Assembly: GCA_963667845.2 (NCBI GenBank)
Contig: CAXXVL010000002.1
Coordinates: 2,880,001-2,944,000 of the forward strand
Length of the DNA stretch: 64,000 nucleotides
Direction: 5' to 3'
Origin: Smithellaceae bacterium
GTDB lineage: Bacteria > Desulfobacterota > Syntrophia > Syntrophales > Smithellaceae
Shown here: in pieces, positions 27,983-39,559 of the stretch
Layout of the letters: the number at the start of each line of letters is the position of its first letter
How positions within the stretch are numbered: position 1 is the first letter of the stretch
Made by a program: the position numbers and the translations under genes
The notes under the pieces: model-generated
Databases searched by the model: none
The model's input: only the letters and a program-made list of their open reading frames with translations
What the model was told of the DNA's origin: nothing

Positions 27983-29140
27983 ATGGCGATGAAAGTGAGA
28001 GAAGATTTCCTGCCCTTTAGCCGGCCGTCGATCGGTGAGGCCGAGATCAACAGGGTAGTGGCGTGTCTGAAATCGGGATGGATTACCACCGGCGCCCTGT
28101 GCAAGGAGTTTGAGGATAAATTCTGCGAACTGACCGGCTCGAAAAAGGCTGTCACCTTGAACTCCGCTACGGCCGGCATGCATCTGGTGCTGACGGCTCT
28201 GAACCTGCAGCCTGGTGACGAAGTACTTACTCCTTCCATGACATTTGCCTCCACGATCAACATGATCGCCTTACGGGGTGCGAAGCCCGTATTTGTCGAC
28301 ATTGATTATGATACACTCAACATGAACTGCGATTTGCTCGAAAGGAAGATATCGCCCAAAACAAAGGCGATCATTCCGGTTCACTTTGCCGGGGCGCCCG
28401 TGGATATGGATAAAATCGACGAGCTGGCGCGCAAATACCACCTGACGGTTATCGAAGATGCCGCACATGCGGTCGGTACTTATTATAAAGGAATCCATGC
28501 CGGCGGCTTTGGACATCCCGCCATCTTTTCGTTTCATCCGATAAAGAATATCACAACGGGTGAGGGCGGGCTGATCACGCTTAATGACACCCGGTTCGAA
28601 AAGAAATTGCGTCTGCTGAGATTTCATGGGATAGAAAGAGATGCTTGGAAAAGGTATGGAAAAGGAGGAAATCCCTCCTATGATATTATGGAACCGGGCT
28701 ATAAATATAATATGCCGGATATGCTTGCGGCACTAGGTTTGGCTCAACTGGAGCGCTGGCAGATATTGAATGCGCGCCGCCAGGTGCTGGCCAAACTGTA
28801 CCTTGATGGCTTAGAGGGCATCGCAGAGCTCGATTTGCCGCAAGTGCCGGCGTATGATCATGTTCACGCCTGGCATTTGTTTATCGTCAAAATTAAGCAC
28901 TGTCCCCGGGATGAATTTATGCAAAAACTGGCTGAATATAATATCGGTTATGGATTGCATTTTCCGCCGGCCCATACTTTATCGTATGTCAAGAGAGCAT
29001 ATAATGGAGACGACATGCTTCTTCCGGAAACCGACCGGGCGGCAGACAGAATAATATCCCTGCCGCTGTTTCCTGATATGACGGAAGACGACGTACACTA
29101 TGTTTGCGCTGCAATAAAGGAGATTTTGAAAAATGGCTAA
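27983..29140 (+). CDS. arnB: UDP-4-amino-4-deoxy-L-arabinose aminotransferase
   Basis: FLPFSRP, SGWITTG, EDAAHA, SFHPIKNITTGEGG. Confidence 0.9.
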   Translation: MAMKVREDFLPFSRPSIGEAEINRVVACLKSGWITTGALCKEFEDKFCELTGSKKAVTLNSATAGMHLVLTALNLQPGDEVLTPSMTFASTINMIALRGAKPVFVDIDYDTLNMNCDLLERKISPKTKAIIPVHFAGAPVDMDKIDELARKYHLTVIEDAAHAVGTYYKGIHAGGFGHPAIFSFHPIKNITTGEGGLITLNDTRFEKKLRLLRFHGIERDAWKRYGKGGNPSYDIMEPGYKYNMPDMLAALGLAQLERWQILNARRQVLAKLYLDGLEGIAELDLPQVPAYDHVHAWHLFIVKIKHCPRDEFMQKLAEYNIGYGLHFPPAHTLSYVKRAYNGDDMLLPETDRAADRIISLPLFPDMTEDDVHYVCAAIKEILKNG

Positions 29141-30089
29141 GGTGCAAATCTCGGTGGTCATACCGGTCTATAATGAAGAAGCGAATCTGGCCGCCCTCAT
29201 GAAGAGACTGCTTCCGGTTATGCAGGAGACGGGGAAAAGGTTCGAGGTCATTCTGATTGACGACGGCAGTAAGGACAACTCCCTGACGCTGCTCAAGGAA
29301 TTCACATCAAATCCTCTTGTAAGGGTTGTCGAACTGACCAGGAATTACGGCCAACACTCAGCCATCATGGCCGGATTCTCAGTTGTCGAGGGCGACATCG
29401 TGATTACGATGGATGCGGATTTACAAAATCCCCCGGAAGAAATACCGAACTTGGTTCGGGTGATGGAGGAGGGAAGCTACGATGTCGTCGGCACGATCCG
29501 CAAAGGCCGCAAGGATTCTTTCCTGCGCATCTGGCCGTCTAAAATCATTAACATGGTGGCGCGAAAGATTACAGGTGTCAGTATGCGCGACTGGGGCTGC
29601 ATGCTGCGAGCTTATCGTCGGCCGGTGGTTGAACGGATGATTGCCTGTCACGAACGGGCAACATTCATTCCCGCATTGGCGACTGTATTTGCCAAGCGTG
29701 TCACGGAAATTGAAGTCGCTCATGAGGAACGGTTCGGCGGCAAGTCGAACTACCCTCTAAGAAAGCTCATTAACCTTCAGTTCGATCTGGTGGCGTCTTT
29801 TTCGGATCTGCCCATGAAGCTGATCATGTACGGAGGCGTTTTAATGTCCGTCATGGGGGTATGCTTCGGCGCATTTCTGGCCATTGCCCGTTTGATGTAT
29901 GGTGTGCGCTGGGCTGCAGAAGGCATTTTTACGCTATTTGCGATTTTGTTTGTTTTTGTCGGATTGCAGTTTTTTGCCTTAGGGGTTATCGGCGAATACA
30001 TCGGCCGCATTTATCGGGAAGTCCGTAAACGACCCGAATATGTTATCGAACAAATCCATGGTCGAAAAGAGGACGGCGATACACTTTGA
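29133..30089 (+). CDS. arnC: Undecaprenyl-phosphate L-Ara4FN transferase (GT2)
   Basis: RNYGQHSAIMAGF, DADLQNPPEEIP, GEYIGRIY. Confidence 0.9.
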   Translation: MAKVQISVVIPVYNEEANLAALMKRLLPVMQETGKRFEVILIDDGSKDNSLTLLKEFTSNPLVRVVELTRNYGQHSAIMAGFSVVEGDIVITMDADLQNPPEEIPNLVRVMEEGSYDVVGTIRKGRKDSFLRIWPSKIINMVARKITGVSMRDWGCMLRAYRRPVVERMIACHERATFIPALATVFAKRVTEIEVAHEERFGGKSNYPLRKLINLQFDLVASFSDLPMKLIMYGGVLMSVMGVCFGAFLAIARLMYGVRWAAEGIFTLFAILFVFVGLQFFALGVIGEYIGRIYREVRKRPEYVIEQIHGRKEDGDTL

Positions 30090-31006
30090 GAACGGTTGTT
30101 TTAGCCTACCATAATATGGGGATCGCAGGGCTCAATGCCCTTTTTCAGCAGGGGTTCGATATCACCGCAGTCTTCACTCACGAAGATGATCCTGGCGAAA
30201 ACTGCTGGTTTGGTTCCGTGAAGGACTGGGCATTGCTGCATGATATTCCCTGTTACATGCCCGCAAATATCAATGCCCAGGAGTGGATTGATAAGATATC
30301 GAGCTTAAAGCCGGATGTCCTTTTCTCTTTTTATTACCGGAATATGGTCTCAACAAAGATTCTGGAAATTCCCAGGCTCGCTGCTTTGAATCTGCATGGA
30401 TCGATGCTGCCGGCTTATCGAGGACGGTGTCCGGTAAACTGGGTATTGGTAAAGGGTGAAAACAGGACCGGCGTGACCCTCCATTTTATGGTAGAAAAAC
30501 CCGATGCCGGCGATATTGTCGGCCAGCGTGCAGTGCGGATCGGTTCCGATGACACGGCCAGGACATTGTATGAGAAATTGTGTATGGCAGCAGGAGATCT
30601 GTTGAACGATCTCCTGCCGGTTATCAAAACCGGTCAAATTCCCCGCACAAAACAGGATTTGGCCAAAGGCAGTTATTACGGAGGCAGACGTCCGGAAGAC
30701 GGCCGTATCGACTGGTCGTTATCGGCTCACGAGATTTACAACCTGATCCGCGCCGTGACGGACCCTTATCCGGGGGCTTTTTCTATCACGGAAAATGGCG
30801 AAAAGATCATCGTCTGGTGGGGAAAGCCCGAAAAGCTGAACATAAAAAAAGAACCGGGCGGCGTCGTAACGTTCGGGCAAGATGTACTTGTGGAAACAGG
30901 TAATCATGCTATACAGCTTCTGGATATAGAGGTGCAGGGAAAAAGAATGAGGGGTTTGCAGATCAGTGAATATTTTAGGACAGGAAAGGTGACGAAACTC
31001 AAATGA
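30086..31006 (+). CDS. arnA: UDP-L-Ara4N formyltransferase (stand-alone ArnA N-domain)
   Basis: AYHNMG, FSFYYR, NLHGSMLPAYRGRCP, DAGDI; TTG start. Confidence 0.9.
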   Translation: MRTVVLAYHNMGIAGLNALFQQGFDITAVFTHEDDPGENCWFGSVKDWALLHDIPCYMPANINAQEWIDKISSLKPDVLFSFYYRNMVSTKILEIPRLAALNLHGSMLPAYRGRCPVNWVLVKGENRTGVTLHFMVEKPDAGDIVGQRAVRIGSDDTARTLYEKLCMAAGDLLNDLLPVIKTGQIPRTKQDLAKGSYYGGRRPEDGRIDWSLSAHEIYNLIRAVTDPYPGAFSITENGEKIIVWWGKPEKLNIKKEPGGVVTFGQDVLVETGNHAIQLLDIEVQGKRMRGLQISEYFRTGKVTKLK

Positions 31007-32037
31007 AAATACTGATACTGGGTGTAAACGGTTTTATCGGACATCATCTGGTCAATAGAATACTGGCGGAGAAGCCCGATTGGCAGGTATTCGGAATGGA
31101 TTTGGGAACCGAGCGCATCGGCGCTGCATTGAATAATCCTCAATTCAACTTCCTCGAGGGTGATATTTCGATCAATAAGGAATGGATTGAATATCATATT
31201 AAAAAATGCGACGTGATTATGCCGCTCGTGGCGATCGCCACTCCGAAAGCGTATGTGGAAGATCCTATCGGCGTTTACAATCTCGATTTTGAAATGAATA
31301 TTCAGATCGTCAAACAATGCGTGAAGTACCATAAGCGCGTTGTCTTTCCTTCCACCTCGGAAGTCTATGGGGCTTGCACCGATCCGGAGTTCAAAGAAGA
31401 TGAAAGTTACTTGGTCGTCGGGCCCATAAGCAAAGAACGCTGGATATACTCCTGCTGTAAGCAATTGTTGGATCGCGTCATTTACGGATATGGGACGAGG
31501 GGACATCTTGAGTTTACGCTGTTCAGACCTTTCAACTGGATTGGACCGAGACTGGACTCTCTCGACACGGCCAAGGAGGGAAGCTCCAGAGTGGTCACGC
31601 AATTCATTGCCGAGTTGCTTCTAAAACGCCCGATTAACCTGGTAGATGGCGGCCGGCAGAAGCGTTGTTTTACGTATGTAGACGACGGCATTGCCGCGCT
31701 TATGAAAATTCTGGAAAATAAGAATGACGTCTGCAAGAATCAGATTATCAATATCGGAAATCCGCGAAATGAGTGTTCCGTAAAGGAACTTGCCGACATC
31801 CTGAAAAACTTATTTAAAGCCCATCCTGATCATAAGAATGATTCGTCCTTTTCAAGTATCATTGAAGTGCCGGCAGATACTTTTTACGGCAAAGGCTATC
31901 AGGATATTTATACGCGCAAACCAAGTATTGAGAAGGCGCGAAGCCTTCTTGACTGGGAGCCGAAGATCGACTTGATCGAATCCATGCGGCTCACGATTAA
32001 CTCATTTTTAGAAGAAAATAAAACGGTAGCCTTATAA
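31003..32037 (+). CDS. arnA: UDP-glucuronate oxidase/decarboxylase (stand-alone ArnA C-domain)
   Basis: LGVNGFIG, LVAIATP, STSEVYG, RWIYSCCKQ, RPFNW. Confidence 0.92.
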   Translation: MKILILGVNGFIGHHLVNRILAEKPDWQVFGMDLGTERIGAALNNPQFNFLEGDISINKEWIEYHIKKCDVIMPLVAIATPKAYVEDPIGVYNLDFEMNIQIVKQCVKYHKRVVFPSTSEVYGACTDPEFKEDESYLVVGPISKERWIYSCCKQLLDRVIYGYGTRGHLEFTLFRPFNWIGPRLDSLDTAKEGSSRVVTQFIAELLLKRPINLVDGGRQKRCFTYVDDGIAALMKILENKNDVCKNQIINIGNPRNECSVKELADILKNLFKAHPDHKNDSSFSSIIEVPADTFYGKGYQDIYTRKPSIEKARSLLDWEPKIDLIESMRLTINSFLEENKTVAL

Positions 32038-32059
32038 AGGTTTTCTGTCAAAAAGCGAT

Positions 32060-32917
32060 ATGGGAATGCTAGGTTTAAAAATTGACGTCGATACGTATTG
32101 GGGGATGAAAAACGGCGTTCCTCGTCTTTTGCAGACATTAAAAGACTTCCAGGTCAAGGGCACTTTTTTTCTGAGCGTCGGTCCGGATAACTCCGGACGG
32201 GCCGTCCTGCAGCTCATCAAGAATCCGCTATTTCTCAAGAAGATGATGAGGACCAAGGCGGCAAGTCTTTATGGCTGGAAAACTGCTCTCTATGGGACTC
32301 TTTTGCCGGCGCCGATGATCGCCTTATCTTCTCCCGAGATAATTCACCGGATCATGAATGACGGCCATGAAGTTCAATTCCACGCCTGGGATCACCGCAG
32401 ATGGCAAGATGATTTGCCGAACAAATCTGCAGAATGGATAGAACAATGGTTCGAAGCCGGAATAGAAGGTTTCGAAAAGCTGACCGGCAGGAAACCAACG
32501 GCTTTTGGTGCGCCATCCTGGCTGATCGATGATCGTGTTTTGAAGATTATTCCAAAATATCATTTTGAGTATCTCAGTTGCACACGGGCAAAAGCTCCCT
32601 TCATCCATCAGGGAGCCAATATTCCTGATTTGCCCTCGGATCTGCCTTGTTTCGAGGAACTTGATCCGGACGAAGGTGAATCGGCTATTCTCAGCATCAT
32701 CAAAAAGGGAGGCAGACATATTCTTCCCGTTCATGCCGAAGTTGAAGGAGGGATGTTTGAAGAGAGATTCAGAAGACTCTTGAAACAGGTTATAATGCGG
32801 GGAGTAAAAGTTACCGCTCTGGAAGAAATGAGATCTGACCTGGACATAAATCTTCTGCCCGTCAGAAAGTACAAGATGGAATTGCTTGCCGGCAGGCATT
32901 CTCCCTGCGCAGTCTAG
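32060..32917 (+). CDS. arnD: Undecaprenyl-P-L-Ara4FN deformylase
   Basis: LKIDVDT, VGPDNSGR, HAWDH, HAEVEG. Confidence 0.88.
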   Translation: MGMLGLKIDVDTYWGMKNGVPRLLQTLKDFQVKGTFFLSVGPDNSGRAVLQLIKNPLFLKKMMRTKAASLYGWKTALYGTLLPAPMIALSSPEIIHRIMNDGHEVQFHAWDHRRWQDDLPNKSAEWIEQWFEAGIEGFEKLTGRKPTAFGAPSWLIDDRVLKIIPKYHFEYLSCTRAKAPFIHQGANIPDLPSDLPCFEELDPDEGESAILSIIKKGGRHILPVHAEVEGGMFEERFRRLLKQVIMRGVKVTALEEMRSDLDINLLPVRKYKMELLAGRHSPCAV

Positions 32918-32920
32918 ATC

Positions 32921-32940
32921 TTTGTGACACGAATCACAAA
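32921..32940. promoter_or_regulatory. CRP-family binding site
   Basis: TTTGTGA-CACGAA-TCACAAA is a perfect TGTGA-N6-TCACA. Confidence 0.7.
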
Positions 32941-33084
32941 AATATTCAAAATTATTAAAGATTAATACTATGGTGACGATATAAGTCTCAACGACTTATC
33001 CTTGACTTTGATTTTTCGGTGTGCTAGCTAACCAACCTTGTATGGCCTGATACTTGTTTTGTAGTTCTGATTTCTAGGGGGAAG

Positions 33085-33990
33085 ATGTCGGATAACTTCT
33101 TTACGCTCATGATTATACCTCGTAGAAAGAGCACGGTTACCAAGATTTCTCTTTCCAGTAATGTCGTCCGCGGCCTTTTTATCGGTTCAATTCTGGCCGT
33201 CCTTTTGACCCTGTACGTCATTTACGATTACGCCAGTATTAAAAGAGACCGGGTTGAACTCTCACGGCTCAGGCAGCAGACGGCCGAGCAATCAAAAGAG
33301 ATTGTTGATTTAGCTTTAAAGGTGGACGAATTTGCCGATCGAATGGAAGAATTTAAGCAATTCGATAAAAAATTAAGGATCTTGGCAACAAATCAAGTCG
33401 GTCGCGATAAGAAAATCCCCTTGGGCATCGGTGGGTCAAACAACGAGCAGGTTCGACTGAAAGAGTTGATTGACCGGGATCAAGAAAAACTTATTTCCGG
33501 AATGCGCAAGAGTATTGGTCAATTGAATGATGATGCCAATGAAAGAGAAACAAGTTTCAACGAATTATTAAAATTTCTTCGCGAGCAAAAATCACTCCTG
33601 GCGGCCACGCCTTCGATCTGGCCGGTAAGAGGATGGGTGACATCTGAGTTCGGATCGCGAGAAGATCCTTTCGCTTCCGGAGTTGAGTTCCACAAAGGCC
33701 TCGATATCGCAACAAGAATGGGAAAAGAGGTCATAGCCGCTGCAGATGGGCTTGTTGTTGAGGCGGCACATCGTTCTGATGATGGAAATATCGTCAGGAT
33801 TGATCATGGATATGGTGTTTGGACGAGCTACGCTCATTTATCGAAATCAGCAGTTAAACAGGGAGTGCGTGTCAAAAGAGGAGACGTGATTGGTTACGTT
33901 GGCGATACTGGTCGAAGTACAGGTACGCATCTTCATTATGCTGTCTTTGTGAATAAAATTCCGGTCAACCCAAGAAAATACTTGAAATAA
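33085..33990 (+). CDS. M23 metallopeptidase with TM and coiled coil
   Basis: HKGLD, YAHL, STGTHLHY. Promoter-like TTGACT-N17-TAGCTA at 33002-33030. Confidence 0.93.
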   Translation: MSDNFFTLMIIPRRKSTVTKISLSSNVVRGLFIGSILAVLLTLYVIYDYASIKRDRVELSRLRQQTAEQSKEIVDLALKVDEFADRMEEFKQFDKKLRILATNQVGRDKKIPLGIGGSNNEQVRLKELIDRDQEKLISGMRKSIGQLNDDANERETSFNELLKFLREQKSLLAATPSIWPVRGWVTSEFGSREDPFASGVEFHKGLDIATRMGKEVIAAADGLVVEAAHRSDDGNIVRIDHGYGVWTSYAHLSKSAVKQGVRVKRGDVIGYVGDTGRSTGTHLHYAVFVNKIPVNPRKYLK

Positions 33991-34047
33991 TCATTCGATC
34001 TGCATTAATATTACAAACTTCAGTCCAGGGCGGGTATTTGAAGTGTT

Positions 34048-34070
34048 GGAATATTTTAATAAAATATTCC
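34048..34070. promoter_or_regulatory. 23-bp palindrome upstream of secA
   Basis: GGAATATTTTA-A-TAAAATATTCC. Confidence 0.5.
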
Positions 34071-34156
34071 CCCTAAGAGATTGGGGTTTTTACTGACTTG
34101 TAAAATGTGTTAAAATTTACCGGTTAAGATACCGGCTTTTTTGTAAAGGGTGCTAA

Positions 34157-36676
34157 ATGCTGGATACAATCCTGAAAAAGATAATCGGAACGAAAAATGA
34201 CAGAGAATTGAAAAGATTATCGCTGTTGTTGGATGAAGTTAATCATTTTGAAACAACCCTGATGTCGTTAAGTGACGCTGATTTGCAAGCCAAGACGCCG
34301 TATTTTAAGGACAAAATAAAAAATGGCTTAACGCTCGATGATATCCTGACGGAAGCCTTCGCAGTTGCCAGAGAAGCATCACGCCGGACGCTCATGATGC
34401 GTCCTTTTGACGTGCAGGTCATTGGCGGGATCGTCTTGCATGAAGGCAAAATTGCTGAAATGAAAACCGGCGAAGGCAAAACACTCGCCGCTACCATGCC
34501 TTTATACCTAAATGCCCTTGAGGGTAAAGGATGCCATGTTGTAACGGTCAATGATTATCTGGCTCATCGCGACGCCGATTGGATGAGCCCCATTTATCGT
34601 TTTCTGGGATTGACGGTTGGAGTCATTATCCACGGTATGGATGACAGCGAGCGTCGTGAGGCTTATGGCGCGGATATTACTTACGGCACGAATAACGAAT
34701 TCGGTTTTGACTATCTGCGCGATAATATGAAATTCAGTCTCGAAGAATACGTTCAGAGGGAATTCAATTATGCCATCGTTGATGAAGTCGACAGTATTCT
34801 GATTGATGAAGCCCGTACCCCTCTCATCATCTCCGGTGCTTCAGAAGAATCGACTGACAAATATTATAAAATCAATCAGATTATTCCGCGTCTAAAGAAA
34901 GACGTTGACTATACGATTGAAGAGAAAAGCAAGACAGTCGTCCTGACGGAAGAAGGCGTTGCCAATGTTGAAAAATATTTAAATGTCCAGAACCTGTATG
35001 AACCCAAAAATATTGAAATCGTTCATCATGTGAATCAGGCCTTACGCGCTCATACGTTATTCAGGCGTGACGTGGATTATCTGGTCAAAGATGGTGAAGT
35101 CATCATCGTTGATGAATTTACCGGACGGGTCATGCCGGGCAGGCGATACAGCGACGGACTGCATCAGGCGCTGGAGGCAAAGGAAAAAGTCAAAATCGAA
35201 AAAGAGAATCAGACCCTGGCGTCCATTACATTTCAAAATTATTTCAGGATGTACAAAAAGCTGGCCGGAATGACAGGGACCGCTGATACGGAAGCAGCGG
35301 AATTCAAGAAAATTTATAACCTTGATGTTTTGGTTATACCCACGAATATGCCGATGATCCGCCAGGATCATAATGATCTGATTTATAAGACGGAACAGGA
35401 AAAGATTAAAGCTGTCATCGAAGAGGTAAAAGCTTTAAACAAAGCTAAGCGTCCCGTACTGATCGGTACCATTTCCATAGAGAAGTCGGAACTATTGAGT
35501 AAATATCTTACGCGTGCCGGGGTGAAGCACCACGTTCTGAACGCGAAGAATCACGAGAGAGAAGCGGAAATCGTTGCGCAGGCGGGGCAGCCCGGCCAGG
35601 TTACTATTTCTACGAACATGGCAGGCCGTGGTACGGATATCAAGCTTGGCGAAAACGTAGCGGAGGTCGGCGGACTGCATATTTTAGGTACGGAGAGGCA
35701 TGAAAGCCGCCGCATTGACAATCAGCTGAGAGGAAGAGCCGGCCGACAGGGAGATAACGGTTCGTCGCGTTTTTACCTTTCCCTGGAAGACGACCTGCTC
35801 AGGGTATTTGGAGCCGAACGAATATCATCCGTTATGGATACCGTTGGTATCGAAGAAGGTCAACCCATCGAACATAAGTACATTTCGCGGGCGATTGAAA
35901 ACGCCCAAAAGAGAGTGGAAGGTCAGAACTTCGATATCCGAAAACATCTGCTCGATTATGACGATGTCATGAATAATCAGAGAAAAGTCATCTATGAGCA
36001 GCGCAAAAAAGTATTACGTGGACAAGACTTATGGTCTGATATTGAAGAGATGGTTGAAGAAATTATCGGCGAGTTGTTGCTGGAATTTGCCGGCGACAAA
36101 AACCATCCTCAGGATTGGGATCTCAAGTCTCTCGATGAGGCTTTATTCAAGCAGTTCAATTTACGGTTAAATATCAGTAATGAAAAAGAAATAGACTCTG
36201 TCGACGCCATCCGGACTTATATCCTGGAGAAAGTTCTCACGTATCTGCGTGATAAAGAAAAAGAATTCGGCGCGGAACTGATGACTTATCTGATGAAAGT
36301 CATTATGTTACAGGCCATTGATACCCATTGGAAAGAACATTTGCTTTCCATGGATCATTTGAGGGAAGGTATTGGTCTGCGCGGCTATGGTCAGAAGGAT
36401 CCTGTCAGAGAGTACCAGCGCGAAGGGTATTCGATGTTTATGGAAATGATCGGCCACATCAAAATGGATACACTGGAAAAACTTTGCTTGGTCAGAATCC
36501 AAAAAGAGGAAGAAGTCGAAGAAATAAGGCAAAAGCAAAAACAGGATTACGTCCTGAGTCGCGGTGAAGATACCCCGGCTAATCAGACCATCAAGCGCGA
36601 GAGCGTAAAGGTTGGCCGTAATGATCCTTGTCCTTGCGGCAGTGGTAAGAAATATAAAAAGTGTTGCGGTGCATAG
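34157..36676 (+). CDS. secA: Preprotein translocase SecA
   Basis: [34 protein letters not shown] motif [13 protein letters not shown]. Confidence 0.99.
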   Translation: MLDTILKKIIGTKNDRELKRLSLLLDEVNHFETTLMSLSDADLQAKTPYFKDKIKNGLTLDDILTEAFAVAREASRRTLMMRPFDVQVIGGIVLHEGKIAEMKTGEGKTLAATMPLYLNALEGKGCHVVTVNDYLAHRDADWMSPIYRFLGLTVGVIIHGMDDSERREAYGADITYGTNNEFGFDYLRDNMKFSLEEYVQREFNYAIVDEVDSILIDEARTPLIISGASEESTDKYYKINQIIPRLKKDVDYTIEEKSKTVVLTEEGVANVEKYLNVQNLYEPKNIEIVHHVNQALRAHTLFRRDVDYLVKDGEVIIVDEFTGRVMPGRRYSDGLHQALEAKEKVKIEKENQTLASITFQNYFRMYKKLAGMTGTADTEAAEFKKIYNLDVLVIPTNMPMIRQDHNDLIYKTEQEKIKAVIEEVKALNKAKRPVLIGTISIEKSELLSKYLTRAGVKHHVLNAKNHEREAEIVAQAGQPGQVTISTNMAGRGTDIKLGENVAEVGGLHILGTERHESRRIDNQLRGRAGRQGDNGSSRFYLSLEDDLLRVFGAERISSVMDTVGIEEGQPIEHKYISRAIENAQKRVEGQNFDIRKHLLDYDDVMNNQRKVIYEQRKKVLRGQDLWSDIEEMVEEIIGELLLEFAGDKNHPQDWDLKSLDEALFKQFNLRLNISNEKEIDSVDAIRTYILEKVLTYLRDKEKEFGAELMTYLMKVIMLQAIDTHWKEHLLSMDHLREGIGLRGYGQKDPVREYQREGYSMFMEMIGHIKMDTLEKLCLVRIQKEEEVEEIRQKQKQDYVLSRGEDTPANQTIKRESVKVGRNDPCPCGSGKKYKKCCGA

Positions 36677-36697
36677 GCCTTAAGAGGGGTGGCGGTA

Positions 36698-37897
36698 ATG
36701 GTGAAATCCGTAAGTAAAATTAGTGTTCCCGGTTTCTTAGCCAGCGGCGTATCTGTTGGCATCAAGGGTGGCGATGAGAAGGATCTCGGACTGATCTATT
36801 CCACGGTTCCCGCAAAAGTGGCCGCGCTGTTTACAAAAAATACATTCAGAGCTGCACCGGTTTTAATTGATGCCGAGAGAATCAAAAGGGGAATAGCGCA
36901 GGCCATTATCACGAACAGCGGTTGTGCCAATGCTGCAACGGGAAAAGAAGGCATGCAGGATGCACTCGCCGTTTCGGGGGCGGCAGCCAGGCAATTAAAA
37001 ATACCGGAGGAGCACCTTCTGGTGTGTTCGACGGGTGTGATTGGCAAAAGACTTCCGGTAAAAAAAATTGAAACCGGTATCGGGAAGCTCGTCAAAGGAC
37101 TCAATGAATTTGGAATCGAAGACGCCGAAGCGGCGATGATGACAACGGATAAATATCCTAAGATCGCCGTTCGTAAAGGGATTGTTGGTGCAAAGGATAT
37201 AACGATTTGCGGGATTGCCAAAGGCGCCGGAATGATCGAGCCGAATATGGCAACCTTGCTGACCTATGTGATGACTGATGCTTTGATCGATGCCAAAGCA
37301 CTGAACACCGTATTTCATCAGGTGATCGATTCCACATTCAACTCGATCAGCGTAGATGGTTGCATGAGCACCAATGACACGGCAATCGTTCTGGCCAATG
37401 GTCTTGCAGGAAACAATCCCCTGGAGAGGGCGCAGGCAAGGCTTCAGAGGTTTCGTGAGATGCTGACGGATGTTTTGTCGGAATTAGCTCAAGCGGTGGT
37501 GAAAGACGGTGAAGGTGCAACAAAGTTTATAACCATTGTCGTCGATGGTGCGAAATCGAAATCTGATGCCAGGCGAGTGGCTTATTCGGTCGCCAATTCC
37601 AATCTGGTCAAGACCGCTTTTTTCGGAGAAGACCCCAATTGGGGCAGAATTATTGCCGCAGTCGGTTCTTCGGGGATTCCGCTGGAGAGGGAACGAATCA
37701 GTCTATCTATTGGAAGTACGATGGTATATGCTCAGGATACCCCTGCCAACATTCCTCTCGCCAAGTTGAAGGAAATATTTCACGACAAGAAAATTGAGAT
37801 CCGCATTGGTCTGGGAGGTGGTGATAAATCCTACTCGGTTTATACATCGGATCTTTCTTACGAATATGTAAAAATCAACGCAGATTATTCAACCTGA
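36698..37897 (+). CDS. argJ: Ornithine acetyltransferase / N-acetylglutamate synthase
   Basis: STGVIG, MTTD, KGAGMIEPNMATLL, STNDT, DGEGATK, PNWGRI. Confidence 0.96.
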   Translation: MVKSVSKISVPGFLASGVSVGIKGGDEKDLGLIYSTVPAKVAALFTKNTFRAAPVLIDAERIKRGIAQAIITNSGCANAATGKEGMQDALAVSGAAARQLKIPEEHLLVCSTGVIGKRLPVKKIETGIGKLVKGLNEFGIEDAEAAMMTTDKYPKIAVRKGIVGAKDITICGIAKGAGMIEPNMATLLTYVMTDALIDAKALNTVFHQVIDSTFNSISVDGCMSTNDTAIVLANGLAGNNPLERAQARLQRFREMLTDVLSELAQAVVKDGEGATKFITIVVDGAKSKSDARRVAYSVANSNLVKTAFFGEDPNWGRIIAAVGSSGIPLERERISLSIGSTMVYAQDTPANIPLAKLKEIFHDKKIEIRIGLGGGDKSYSVYTSDLSYEYVKINADYST

Positions 37898-37985
37898 GGA
37901 TGAGAAAATATATTAATTTTATTGCCAAAAAAGTTATTTAGGCTTGAACAATTCAAGTATTTGTGGTAATTGCCGCACAAAATTT

Positions 37986-38056
37986 CACACATCCCTCGAT
38001 TGATGGCAGGTTGCTTAGAAATTAAGTTTGCCATGCAAAATGACGGGGATGGCGGA
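37986..38056 (+). ncRNA. rpsB (S2) leader RNA
   Basis: CACAC start; CATCCCT/GGGGATG and ATGGCAG/TTGCCAT stems upstream of rpsB. Confidence 0.6.
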
Positions 38057-38076
38057 AAAAACAAAGGAGAAAAATT

Positions 38077-38889
38077 ATGTCAGCTATTTCGATGAAACTG
38101 TTACTCGAAGCCGGTGTCCATTTCGGGCATCAAACCAACAAGTGGAACCCCAAGATGAAACCCTATATCTTCGGGGCGCGCAACAACATCTACATTATTG
38201 ATTTACAGCAAACCGTCGGTATGTTCCAGTCCGCGTATAACTTCGTAACGGACACGGTCGGTCAGGGGAAAGAGATTCTTTTTGTGGGAACAAAGAAACA
38301 ATCGCAGGAAGCGATTCGCGAAGAAGCGTCACGATGCGGCATGCCTTTTGTCAATCAGCGTTGGTTAGGGGGTATGTTAACCAATTTTATCACCGTTAAA
38401 AAGAGCGTGGATCGCTTAAACAATTTGAACAAAATGTTCGGTGATGATTCGATTAAGGCCTTTCCCAAGAAAGAAATTACCAAGCTTCAAAAAGAAATGG
38501 ATAAGCTGGAAAATGTCCTGGGCGGCATTAAGAATATGAAATCACTTCCGGCAGCCGTTTTTATCGTTGATCCCAATCGTGAGCACATTACCGTCCAGGA
38601 AGCTAAAAAATTAAAAATCCCCCTGGTCGCTATTGTCGATACGAACTGCGATCCAACGGATATCGATTATATTATTCCCGGTAATGATGATGCTATCCGG
38701 GCGATCAAACTGTTCGCTTCGAAATTTGCCGATGCCGTCATGGAAGGCAAGAAACGATTTGAAGAAAAGCTGGCCGCCGAATCCAATAAAGAAACGGGTT
38801 CCGCTGCGACTGAAAATAAGGATGCTGAAGCGGACGTACCTGAAAGCGTCGGGATGGAAAGCGGCTCCGCGGTTAGCGTAGAAAAATGA
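38077..38889 (+). CDS. rpsB: 30S ribosomal protein S2
   Basis: [29 protein letters not shown]. Confidence 0.99.
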   Translation: MSAISMKLLLEAGVHFGHQTNKWNPKMKPYIFGARNNIYIIDLQQTVGMFQSAYNFVTDTVGQGKEILFVGTKKQSQEAIREEASRCGMPFVNQRWLGGMLTNFITVKKSVDRLNNLNKMFGDDSIKAFPKKEITKLQKEMDKLENVLGGIKNMKSLPAAVFIVDPNREHITVQEAKKLKIPLVAIVDTNCDPTDIDYIIPGNDDAIRAIKLFASKFADAVMEGKKRFEEKLAAESNKETGSAATENKDAEADVPESVGMESGSAVSVEK

Positions 38890-38953
38890 TGGACGCGTAT
38901 AGAACGCGGAGAAATAAAGATACTCAAGGAATTGAATTTAGGAGGACAGGAAA

Positions 38954-39559
38954 TTGGAAATCACTTCAACGATGGTAAAGGAATTGAGAACAAAGACCGG
39001 CGCAGGCATGATGGATTGTAAAGAAGCGCTTGCGGCTGTTAATGGTGACTTTGAAAATGCGATAGATTTTTTAAGAAAAAAGGGGCTGTCCGCAGCAACC
39101 AAACGATCATCCAAAGCGGCCAAAGATGGAACCGTTGCTTCGTATATACATATGGGGGGCAGAATCGGCGTCATGGTGGAAATCAACTGTGAGACGGATT
39201 TTGTGGCTAAGACTGAAGATTTCCAGACCATGGCCAGGGACATCGCCATGCACGTTGCGGCATCGAATCCGCTTTACGTACGCCCTGAAGAAATCAACGA
39301 GGATGTTCTCAATCGGGAAAAAGAAATTTACCGCAGCCAGTTACGTGAAGAAAAAAAGCCGGAGAAGATCTGGGATAAGATTATTGAAGGGAAACTCAAA
39401 AAATATTACGAAGACGTTTGTTTGATTGAACAGAAGTTTGTCAAAAACCAGGATATCACTGTCGGAACCCTGATCAACAACATGATTGCTAAAACCGGCG
39501 AAAACATCGTGATTCGCCGTTTTGCCCGCTTCCAGCTGGGTGAGGAAACAAAGCAATAA
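38954..39559 (+). CDS. tsf: Elongation factor Ts (short form)
   Basis: [32 protein letters not shown] and TTG start. Confidence 0.98.
   Translation: MEITSTMVKELRTKTGAGMMDCKEALAAVNGDFENAIDFLRKKGLSAATKRSSKAAKDGTVASYIHMGGRIGVMVEINCETDFVAKTEDFQTMARDIAMHVAASNPLYVRPEEINEDVLNREKEIYRSQLREEKKPEKIWDKIIEGKLKKYYEDVCLIEQKFVKNQDITVGTLINNMIAKTGENIVIRRFARFQLGEETKQ

Noticed and set aside
38954..39559. Truncated EF-Ts
   Set aside because: The short ~200-aa EF-Ts is a known normal form.
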